A stretch of 64,000 bases of DNA, taken from an uncultured delta proteobacterium (GTDB lineage: Bacteria > Desulfobacterota > Desulfuromonadia > Geobacterales > DSM-12255). The notes beneath the pieces were generated by a model. It was not told the DNA's origin, made no database searches, and was given only the letters and a program-made list of their open reading frames with translations. The position numbers were made by a program, and so were the translations under genes. The DNA is taken from NCBI GenBank assembly GCA_963787125.1, contig CAWBBV010000024.1, forward strand, positions 1 through 64,000, written 5' to 3'. Positions 1 through 7,848 of this stretch are shown here, piece by piece. Every line of letters starts with the position of its first letter. The stretch's first letter is position 1.

Positions 1-2
1 AG

Positions 3-257
3 CCGGAGCTCTGGACCGAGGAGGTGGCAAAGGACTTTGCCCTGACTGAAAAAATCAGTGAATTGAATGAAGATCACTGGAAGCTGATCAATTTTGTGCG
101 TTGGTATTTCATCCAGTACGGCATTGCCCCGATGGTGCGCAAGGTTGTCAAAGAGACCGGTTTCGAGCTGCAGAAGATTTATGAAATGTTCCCTTCCGGC
201 CCGGCTAAAGGTGTCTGCAAGGTTGCCGGATTGCCGAAACCGACCGGTTGCGTCTAA
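3..257 (+). CDS. dsrC: DsrC sulfur carrier protein (5'-truncated by the window edge)
   Basis: Frame is open from nt 3 (PELWTEEVAKDFALTE...). C-terminus FPSGPAKGVCKVAGLPKPTGCV carries both cysteines (C-X10-C), which separates DsrC from TusE. Lies directly upstream of dsrT-MKJOP. Confidence 0.9.
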   Translation, partial: PELWTEEVAKDFALTEKISELNEDHWKLINFVRWYFIQYGIAPMVRKVVKETGFELQKIYEMFPSGPAKGVCKVAGLPKPTGCV

Positions 258-264
258 AATCAAG

Positions 265-720
265 ATGAGCTGCTCCGATACAGTCCTGCAAGAGTGGTTT
301 TCCCGGGTGATGGCGACCTATTCCGCTGAAAACCACTGTTTCCTCACCGGTGAGGAGGATCGTTTCCGCAATCCGGTCGGTCACATTATGAGGGAAAACC
401 TGGCCTTGTTGCTGGGTGAGCTGTTTGGGGCAATGGATGCTGGCCGCACCAGGGCTGCTCTGGCATCAATTGTGCGGATCAGGACAGTCCAGAATCTCCA
501 CGATACAGAGACAGACGGTTTTTTGGCGCTTCTCAGGGGTATTGTCACAGAAAAGCTCCCTTTGGCAGATCTGGCCGGAATCAATCTGAAAATTGACGCA
601 CTTTTTCTGCAGGTTAGTGAAGAGTCTGCCCGTTGTCGTGAATATCTGGATAGTATCCGGGAAAATGAACGCCTTCGGGCCATGGCAGTGCTGGCGATGC
701 TGCAAGCGAGGGGAAGGTAG
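265..720 (+). CDS. dsrT: DsrT (RsbRD N-terminal domain protein)
   Basis: ATG at 265 is in frame with track ORF 94..720. Motifs DRFRNPVG and IVRIRTVQ, and the position just before dsrM, match DsrT. Confidence 0.75.
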   Translation: MSCSDTVLQEWFSRVMATYSAENHCFLTGEEDRFRNPVGHIMRENLALLLGELFGAMDAGRTRAALASIVRIRTVQNLHDTETDGFLALLRGIVTEKLPLADLAGINLKIDALFLQVSEESARCREYLDSIRENERLRAMAVLAMLQARGR

Positions 721-1721
721 TGGCGCTGCTCTATCCATCCATAACCATTGTTGTCCTGTCGATAGTTGCCTTTCTTTTAAGCAGTGTCGAAAGCGGTCGC
801 TTCCTGATCGCCATTCTGGTCCCTTATGCCGCTCTGGCGATTTTTATTGGCGGCTTCTGCTGGCGGGTTGCCATCTGGGCTGCTTCACCTGTCCCTTTCC
901 GTATTCCGACGACCTGCGGTCAGCAGAAATCACTCCCCTGGATCAAAAGCGCTTCCCTGGATAATCCCGCTTCAACTCTGGGCGTTGTCGGGCGGATGAC
1001 ACTGGAAATCCTCCTCTTTCGTTCGCTGTTCCGGAATAACCGGGCCGAGATGCATGAAAAACGCTACCATTTCGGCGAGAGCAAACTGCTCTGGCTGGGA
1101 GCACTGGCGTTCCATTTTTCCCTGTTGATAATCCTGCTGCGCCATCTGCGGCTAATGGTGGAGCCTGTGCCGGGATTTATCGTCCAGCTTGGCAGCATCG
1201 ACAGCTTCTTCCAGATTGGTCTGCCGCCGCTCTATATCACCGACCTGCTGGTGGTGGCGGCGCTGGGTTATCTGTTGCTGCGGCGGCTGGCAAATCCGCT
1301 GCTCCGCTATATCTCCCAATTCAGCGATTACTTTGCGCCGCTGCTGCTGCTGGGGATTGCCGTAACCGGTGGCCTGATGCGTTATGTCACCAGGGTCGAT
1401 GTTGTCGGCGTAAAACGCCTGGCACTCGGTCTGGCGACCCTGCACCCGGTCCTGCCTGAAGGCGTCAGCAGCATATTCTTCGTCCATCTGCTGCTGGTAA
1501 GCTGTCTGGCCGCTTATTTCCCTTTCAGCAAATTGATGCATTTGGGCGGGGCGTTCCTCAGCCCGACCCGTAATCTGGCTAACAACAGCCGCAGGCAGCG
1601 GCATATCAATCCGTGGAACTATCCGGTAAAAACCCACCCCTATCCGGAGTGGGAAGCGGAGTTCCACGACAAGCTCAAGATGGCGGGAATTCCCCTCGAT
1701 GAGGCAGAGAATGGCCGATAA
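720..1721 (+). CDS. dsrM: DsrM, NarI-like membrane cytochrome b
   Basis: Motifs PVPFRIPTTCGQQKSLPWIK, FHFSL..LRHLR and HLLLV..YFPFSKLMH, SPTRNLANN; several TM helices. Confidence 0.93.
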   Translation: MALLYPSITIVVLSIVAFLLSSVESGRFLIAILVPYAALAIFIGGFCWRVAIWAASPVPFRIPTTCGQQKSLPWIKSASLDNPASTLGVVGRMTLEILLFRSLFRNNRAEMHEKRYHFGESKLLWLGALAFHFSLLIILLRHLRLMVEPVPGFIVQLGSIDSFFQIGLPPLYITDLLVVAALGYLLLRRLANPLLRYISQFSDYFAPLLLLGIAVTGGLMRYVTRVDVVGVKRLALGLATLHPVLPEGVSSIFFVHLLLVSCLAAYFPFSKLMHLGGAFLSPTRNLANNSRRQRHINPWNYPVKTHPYPEWEAEFHDKLKMAGIPLDEAENGR

Positions 1722-3327
1722 ACAGCTCCAGATTGAACCGGCAGCTCCCGCATCGGACTGGCGGGATCCAAAGGTCGAGTTCCGCAAAGGGACCTATTGC
1801 CATAGCGCGGCGCCGAAAAATATGGAGGCTCTCGGTCTGGCAAATCCCCGCGATTGGCAACCGACCCAGGATGACTGGCAGCTGCCGCCGGACTGGAAAG
1901 AGATCATCCTTGCCGGCATGAAGGAGCGGCTGGATAAATACCGTTCCTTCCGGATCTTCATGGACAGCTGTGTCCGCTGCGGCGCCTGCGCTGACAAATG
2001 CCACTTTTATCTCGGTTCCAGCGATCCGAAGAACATGCCGATGGTCCGGGCCGAACTGGTCCGCTCGGTCTATCGGCGCTACTTTACCCCCGCAGGGCGA
2101 TTGCTCGGCTCTCTTGCCGGCGGCCGCGAACTGACCGTTGAGGTGATCAAGGAGTGGTTCTACTACTTCTACCAGTGCAGTGAATGCCGCCGCTGTTCAG
2201 TGTTCTGTCCCTTCGGCATCGATACGGCAGAGATCACCATGATCGTGCGGGAACTTTTAAACCTGATCGGCTGCAATATCCACTGGATTACCAAACCGGC
2301 GGCAGACTGTTTCCGGGTCGGCAACCATCTGGGTATTCAACCCCATGCTCTCAAAGACAGTCTTGAATTTGCCTCTGATGAGCTGGAAGATGTTACCGGC
2401 ATCAGGGTGGATATACCGCTCAACAAAAAAGGGGCGGAAGTTCTCTTTATCATGCCGTCGGCCGACTATTTCGCCACGCCGCACTATTATACCCTCCTCG
2501 GTTACATGTCGATTTTCCACGAAATCGGCCTTGATTACACCTGCAGCGCCTACGCTTCGGAAGGGGGCAACTTCGGCATGTTCACCTCCCATGAAATGAT
2601 GAAGCGCCTTAATGCCAAGATCTACGAAGAGGCGAAGCGTTTGGGGGTGAAGTGGATTCTGGGTGGCGAGTGCGGCCATATGTGGCGGGTGCTTCATCAG
2701 TACATGGATACCATGAACGGCCCGGCTGATTTTCTGGAGCCGCCGGTATCGCCAATTACCGGTACCAGGTTCGAAAACGCCAGTTCCACGCGAATGGTGC
2801 ATATCTGCGAGTTTACCGCTGATCTTCTATATCACAACAAGCTGAAACTGGCTCCCGAGCGCAATGACAATCGCATTGTCACTTTTCACGACTCGTGCAA
2901 TACCTCCCGCGGCATGGGACTCCTGGAAGAACCTCGCTATGTACTGCAGCGCGCCTGCAATAATTTCCATGAAATGCCGGCCAACACGATCCGTGAGCAG
3001 ACTTTCTGCTGCGGCAGCGGCTCCGGTCTCGGCACTGAAGAGAACCTGGAGATGCGGCTGCGCGGCGGTTTTCCCCGGGCGAATGCCGTCAAATATGTGC
3101 AGGAGAAGTACGGCGTCAACATGCTGGCCTGCATTTGCGCTATTGATAAAGCCACTATGCCGACCCTGCTGGATTACTGGACGCCGGGCGTGGAAGTTGC
3201 CGGAGTTCATGAGCTTTTAGGGAACGCTCTGGTCATGACCGGTGAGAAGGTCCGCACTTCCAATCTGCGTGGCGAGCCGCTGCCTGTTATTGCGACCGAA
3301 GATTCCGGAGCAGAGGTGTCGGAATGA
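1711..3327 (+). CDS. dsrK: DsrK, HdrD-like Fe-S/CCG protein
   Basis: CVRCGACADKC and CSECRRCSVFC 4Fe-4S motifs, plus GECGH, HDSCN and CCGSGSG. ATG 1711 follows a GAGG RBS. Confidence 0.93.
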   Translation: MADKQLQIEPAAPASDWRDPKVEFRKGTYCHSAAPKNMEALGLANPRDWQPTQDDWQLPPDWKEIILAGMKERLDKYRSFRIFMDSCVRCGACADKCHFYLGSSDPKNMPMVRAELVRSVYRRYFTPAGRLLGSLAGGRELTVEVIKEWFYYFYQCSECRRCSVFCPFGIDTAEITMIVRELLNLIGCNIHWITKPAADCFRVGNHLGIQPHALKDSLEFASDELEDVTGIRVDIPLNKKGAEVLFIMPSADYFATPHYYTLLGYMSIFHEIGLDYTCSAYASEGGNFGMFTSHEMMKRLNAKIYEEAKRLGVKWILGGECGHMWRVLHQYMDTMNGPADFLEPPVSPITGTRFENASSTRMVHICEFTADLLYHNKLKLAPERNDNRIVTFHDSCNTSRGMGLLEEPRYVLQRACNNFHEMPANTIREQTFCCGSGSGLGTEENLEMRLRGGFPRANAVKYVQEKYGVNMLACICAIDKATMPTLLDYWTPGVEVAGVHELLGNALVMTGEKVRTSNLRGEPLPVIATEDSGAEVSE

Positions 3328-3740
3328 GTGACCGGAAGCTGATATATGCCGGGCTTGCTCTTTTTATGGGAGCGGTCACCTATCCTCTCTGGCATGGTAT
3401 CCTTTGGAAAAGTTCCACGGCTGAGCCGGATATCAGGAAGATTTCAGGTGAGAAGTCCTGCGTGGCTTCCAGGAGGCAGATGCGCGAGTCTCATATGGAG
3501 CTGCTGCAGGGGTGGCGCGATGGCAAGGTTCGTGAGGGGAGGCGTACTTTCAGCTCCCAAGATGGTGTGCAGTACAATGTCAGCCTCTCCGGCACCTGTC
3601 TGACCCGGTGTCACGGCAGTGCCGAGGAGTTCTGTATCCGCTGCCATGCATACGCTGGTGTGCCGGCCCTCAACTGCTGGCAGTGCCACACTTCGCCGCC
3701 AAAAGGGTCGCCCGTGGCTGCCGGAGGGAGGGTTAGATGA
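3324..3740 (+). CDS. dsrJ: DsrJ triheme cytochrome c
   Basis: N-terminal TM anchor, MRESHMELLQGWRD..VREG motif, heme motifs CLTRCH (CX3CH), CIRCH and CWQCH. Confidence 0.9.
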   Translation: MSDRKLIYAGLALFMGAVTYPLWHGILWKSSTAEPDIRKISGEKSCVASRRQMRESHMELLQGWRDGKVREGRRTFSSQDGVQYNVSLSGTCLTRCHGSAEEFCIRCHAYAGVPALNCWQCHTSPPKGSPVAAGGRVR

Positions 3741-4498
3741 AAGTGACACGAAAACAGTTCCTCCAGCTTATTGCCGGTTCGGCGCTGGTAGCCGGAGCCG
3801 GGAAACTGGTGCATGCTGTCAGTGGCAGCGAAACGGTCAAGCCGGTTGCGGCTGCCGGCAGGAAACGCCGGGGAATGGCGATCGACCGGCAGCGTTGCCG
3901 GAAGGAAAAGGGGTGCAGTCTCTGCAAAAATGCCTGCCATGCTGCCCATAATGTCCCTGCTATCCCTGACGCGGCTCATGAAGTTAAGTGGATCTGGCCG
4001 GAGCCGCTCGCCAGCATTTTTCCGTATCAGCAGACCCCCTATGGAGAACAGTATGGCACCGATACGCTGCCGGTTCTCTGTAATCACTGCACCGAGCCGG
4101 CCTGTGTGCGCGTCTGTCCCACCAAGGCGACCTGGAAACGGGACGACGGCATTGTCATGATGGACTACCATCGCTGTATCGGCTGCCGTTACTGCATGGC
4201 GGCCTGTCCCTATGGTTCGCGCAGCTTCAACTACAAGGATCCAAAACCGTATCTGCAGGCAATCACCCCGGATTTCCCCACCCGCACTGCAGGGGTGGTG
4301 GAAAAGTGCAATTTTTGCGAGGAGCGGCTGGCAAACGGACTGCTCCCGGCATGCGTCGCGGCCTGCCCGCAGCAGGCGCTCATCTTCGGCGACTTGAATG
4401 ATGAAGATTCAGCGCTGCGGCAGCTGCTTAAGAGTCGCTACGGGGTGCAGCGTCAACCCGAACTGGGCTGCGGACCGTCAACTTTCTATCTTATTTAG
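3737..4498 (+). CDS. dsrO: DsrO periplasmic 4Fe-4S protein
   Basis: Tat-like leader TRKQFL. Motifs CNHCTEPACVRVCP, CIGCRYCMAACP, GVVEKCNFC. Confidence 0.92.
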   Translation: MKVTRKQFLQLIAGSALVAGAGKLVHAVSGSETVKPVAAAGRKRRGMAIDRQRCRKEKGCSLCKNACHAAHNVPAIPDAAHEVKWIWPEPLASIFPYQQTPYGEQYGTDTLPVLCNHCTEPACVRVCPTKATWKRDDGIVMMDYHRCIGCRYCMAACPYGSRSFNYKDPKPYLQAITPDFPTRTAGVVEKCNFCEERLANGLLPACVAACPQQALIFGDLNDEDSALRQLLKSRYGVQRQPELGCGPSTFYLI

Positions 4499-4510
4499 GC
4501 GGACATAATC

Positions 4511-5662
4511 ATGCTCGAAAAAGCGTTCAGCGGCAGTCGTATCTACTGGAGCTGGCTTGGTCTGCTCTTGTTGCTGGTGGCAACAGGTTTTGGCTGTTAT
4601 CTCCGCCAGCTGGAGACCGGTCTTGCCATAACCGGACTGAGCCGTGATGTCAGCTGGGGCATTTATATTGCCCAGTTTACCTTTTTTGTCGGGGTGGCCG
4701 CTTCAGCGGTCATGGTTGTCCTGCCCTATTATCTCCACGATCTGCGCGTATTCGGCCGCCTTACCCTGTTGGGTGAACTGCTTGCCGTGGCGGCAGTGAT
4801 CATGTGCATGCTTTTCATCTTTGTCGATATGGGGCAGCCGGGAAGGGTGCTGAATGTACTCCTTTATCCCTCCCCGACCTCCTTGATGTTCTGGGATATG
4901 CTCTCTTTGTCCGGCTATCTGCTGCTGAATGCGGTCATCGCTTATGTAATGCTGAGCGCCGAGTATAAGAAAATGCCGCCACCCGGCTGGATCAAGCCGG
5001 TGATTATCATCTCCATACCCTGGGCAGTCAGTATTCACACGGTTACAGCCTTTCTCTACAGCGGTCTGCCGGGGCGCTCGCTCTGGTTTTCGGCCATTCT
5101 TGCCCCGCGCTTTCTGGCGTCAGCCTTTGCCTCCGGTCCGGCCCTCCTGATTCTCCTCTGCCTGCTGCTGCGGCGCGTGAGTTCCTTTGATGCCGGTCAG
5201 GCGGCGATCCGCAAGCTCTCGGTAGTTGTCGCCTATGCCATGACCGCTAATATCTTCTTTTTGCTGGTAGAGCTCTTTACCGCTCTCTACAGCAAAAAGC
5301 CGGAGCATATGGAACCGTTTAAATATCTCTATTTCGGTCTTGAAGGAAATGCTACTCTCGTGCCGGTCATGTGGCTTGCTGCCGCTCTGGCAGTTTTTGC
5401 CCTGGTAGCCCTGTTGACGCCGGTTTTGCGGACTGACGACACTGTTCTGGCGCTGGCCTCAGTAGCTGTTTTCCTGTCGCTCTGGCTGGAAAAAGGCCTG
5501 GGACTCATCGTCGCCGGCTTCATCCCTTCACCACTGGGCAGGGTGGTGAAGTATCTCCCCACAGCCCCGGAAATGGCCATTGTGGTCGGTATCTGGGCTT
5601 TAGGCGCACTACTGGTGACCCTTTTCTACAAGGTCATGGTAGCAGTGCGTGAGGAGAACTGA
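4511..5662 (+). CDS. dsrP: DsrP, NrfD/PsrC-family membrane protein
   Basis: TGLSRDVSWGIYIAQFTFFVGVAASA and SIPWAVSIHTVTAFLYSG motifs; about 10 TM helices. Confidence 0.92.
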   Translation: MLEKAFSGSRIYWSWLGLLLLLVATGFGCYLRQLETGLAITGLSRDVSWGIYIAQFTFFVGVAASAVMVVLPYYLHDLRVFGRLTLLGELLAVAAVIMCMLFIFVDMGQPGRVLNVLLYPSPTSLMFWDMLSLSGYLLLNAVIAYVMLSAEYKKMPPPGWIKPVIIISIPWAVSIHTVTAFLYSGLPGRSLWFSAILAPRFLASAFASGPALLILLCLLLRRVSSFDAGQAAIRKLSVVVAYAMTANIFFLLVELFTALYSKKPEHMEPFKYLYFGLEGNATLVPVMWLAAALAVFALVALLTPVLRTDDTVLALASVAVFLSLWLEKGLGLIVAGFIPSPLGRVVKYLPTAPEMAIVVGIWALGALLVTLFYKVMVAVREEN

Positions 5663-5664
5663 TT

Positions 5665-6876
5665 ATGGCTGGAATCGTGCACAGCAAAGATCTCATCTAT
5701 TTTGACAACGCCGCCACCTCCTGGCCGAAACCGGAACATGTCTACAGCTACATGATGGAGTTTTATCGCGCCACCGGAGTCAATCCCGGCCGCAGCGGCT
5801 TTGATCTTGCCATCGAGGCCGGTTCCCTCCTTGATCAACTCCGCCTTCGTTTAACCCGTTTTTTCGGCGGTGACGAAGATGCCCCAGAGAGGCTCTGTTT
5901 CGGTTACAACGCTACCGACGCCCTCAATCTGCTTATCTGCGGAACCCTTGCGAGCGGCGATCATGTCATTACCACCAATCTGGAACATAATTCGGTTATC
6001 CGGCCGATTAATCATCTAGTGCGTGATAACGGCGTGGAAGCGACTTTTCTCCCTTTCAACAGTGCCGGCGTTATCAATCCTGATGAGGTGAAAAAGGCCA
6101 TCCGCCCCAACACTAAACTGGTGATCATCAACCATGGCTCCAACGTCATCGGCACTATTCAGCCGGTGACTGAAATCGGCCGGATCTGCCGGGAGCATAA
6201 TCTTCTTTTTGCCATTGACACCACCCAGACCGCCGGAATTATTGCCATCAATATGCAGGCGATGAACATCGATATGCTGGCTTTCACCGGTCACAAGGGG
6301 CTCATGGGGACAACCGGCATTGGCGGTCTCTGTGTCAGGAAGCATGTGAACCTGCGCCAGACCCGCTTCGGCGGTACCGGCGTCGATTCTATCTATCCGT
6401 ATCATCTGGAGGAGTATCCCTGGCGTATGGAGTTCGGTACCCCGAACATGCTTGGTGTCGCTTCTCTCTGGGCCGGTCAGGACTGGCTGGACGAGCAGGG
6501 GTTGGATAATATTTACGCCCATGAGCTGCGCCTGGCCCAGCGACTGGTCAACGGCCTGCGGCAGGTTGAGAACGTGCGTCTTTACTGCTGTGATTCCCTG
6601 GAAAATCACCTCTCCACCGTTATGCTCAATATCGATGGTCTTGATGCCGCTGATGTGGGGACCATGCTGGATGTGAACAGTAATATTGCCACCCGTACCG
6701 GTCTGCATTGTGCGCCGCTCGTCCATACCCAGCTCGGCACCACCCGGATTCATGGTGGTGTGCGTTTTTCAATCGGGGCTTTTAATACGCAAGAACAGGT
6801 TGATATTGCTGTGGCCGCGGTAACAGAAATAGCGCGCTGGGACAAGGCGCGCAAGCAGTTGCCTTCGCATCCGTAA
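5665..6876 (+). CDS. Class-V PLP enzyme, cysteine desulfurase/selenocysteine lyase-like
   Basis: YFDNAATSWPKP, TNLEHNSV, FTGHK (PLP lysine), RTGLHCAP (catalytic Cys). Starts 2 nt after the dsrP stop. Confidence 0.88.
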   Translation: MAGIVHSKDLIYFDNAATSWPKPEHVYSYMMEFYRATGVNPGRSGFDLAIEAGSLLDQLRLRLTRFFGGDEDAPERLCFGYNATDALNLLICGTLASGDHVITTNLEHNSVIRPINHLVRDNGVEATFLPFNSAGVINPDEVKKAIRPNTKLVIINHGSNVIGTIQPVTEIGRICREHNLLFAIDTTQTAGIIAINMQAMNIDMLAFTGHKGLMGTTGIGGLCVRKHVNLRQTRFGGTGVDSIYPYHLEEYPWRMEFGTPNMLGVASLWAGQDWLDEQGLDNIYAHELRLAQRLVNGLRQVENVRLYCCDSLENHLSTVMLNIDGLDAADVGTMLDVNSNIATRTGLHCAPLVHTQLGTTRIHGGVRFSIGAFNTQEQVDIAVAAVTEIARWDKARKQLPSHP

Positions 6877-6899
6877 GTCGTTTAATAATATAAAAAATC

Positions 6900-6929
6900 T
6901 TGACAGCGGCAGCATTTATTCGCTATCAT
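6900..6929 (+). promoter_or_regulatory. Putative sigma-70 promoter for the IclR gene
   Basis: TTGACA (6900-6905), 18-nt spacer, TATCAT (6924-6929). Confidence 0.45.
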
Positions 6930-6974
6930 AGCCTGCAGTATGACATTATAATATTGAGTAAGAAGATATAAGAC

Positions 6975-7733
6975 ATGGAAATCCAATCCGTAAAGCGGGC
7001 CACAGATATTATTTCACTCTTTTCAGTGTCGCAATCTGATCTGGGTGTTACGCAAATTGCTACTCTGTTAGGCTTGAACAAGGCGACTGCCTGGGGACTG
7101 GTGACGACGCTGGAGAAGCAGGGCTTTCTGCAGCAGGATCCGGAAACCCTCAAGTACAGCATCGGTTCAAAACTGTTTGAACTGGGAATGGTCTATTTTG
7201 GTGGTATCAAGATCAATACGATAGCGTCCAGGCCGGCCCATGAACTGGCCAGTCGAACCGGACTTATTGCCAGGGTAGGCATATGGGATCGAAATTCGGT
7301 ACTGATCACGCTGCTGGCAATGCCTAAATCTGAAGATTCGCTGTCGCACCAGATCGGTCCGCGCATCCCGGCCTACTGTTCCGGGATCGGCAAAGCGCTA
7401 CTCGCCTTTCTCGATGACGATTCGCTTCAGGCCTATCTGCGTGACACTGCCTTGGTCCCCCATACCAACTCGACAATAATTTCAAAGGAAAAGCTGCTGA
7501 GCGATCTGGAGAAGACCCGGAAGCTCGGCTACTCCATCTCTCGCGAAGAGATGATTCCGGGTTTGATTGCGCTCGGTGCGCCGGTTTATGGTAAGGGGCG
7601 AAAACTTGCCGGGGCTATCAGTGTCGGTGGCGCTCCTGCCTCCATTACTGCCAGGCAGATCAGCAAACTTGGCGAAGAGTTACTTCGTGCCGCCAGTGAT
7701 GCCTCTCAGGCAATGGGATGCTATTTGACCTAG
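6975..7733 (+). CDS. IclR-family transcriptional regulator
   Basis: IQSVKRA..I N-terminal HTH, PAYCSGIGKALLAF, GYSISREE..G..ALGAPV. Confidence 0.93.
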   Translation: MEIQSVKRATDIISLFSVSQSDLGVTQIATLLGLNKATAWGLVTTLEKQGFLQQDPETLKYSIGSKLFELGMVYFGGIKINTIASRPAHELASRTGLIARVGIWDRNSVLITLLAMPKSEDSLSHQIGPRIPAYCSGIGKALLAFLDDDSLQAYLRDTALVPHTNSTIISKEKLLSDLEKTRKLGYSISREEMIPGLIALGAPVYGKGRKLAGAISVGGAPASITARQISKLGEELLRAASDASQAMGCYLT

Positions 7734-7848
7734 AGTGTGCTGGTCGGATTCAGGGTGAGTATTTTATCAAGCATGATTACATGTAAAAATGAATGTAATT
7801 GTAGGTTTGCCAACAGCTGAACAATCGATAACGAAGGAGGTTCGCAGT

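Noticed and set aside
3..257. TusE (tRNA thiolation) assignment
   Set aside because: Both C-terminal cysteines are present and the gene sits in dsrTMKJOP context, which favours DsrC.
94..264. N-terminal extension of the 208-aa ORF
   Set aside because: Overlaps dsrC in another frame; DsrT-like sequence begins at ATG 265.
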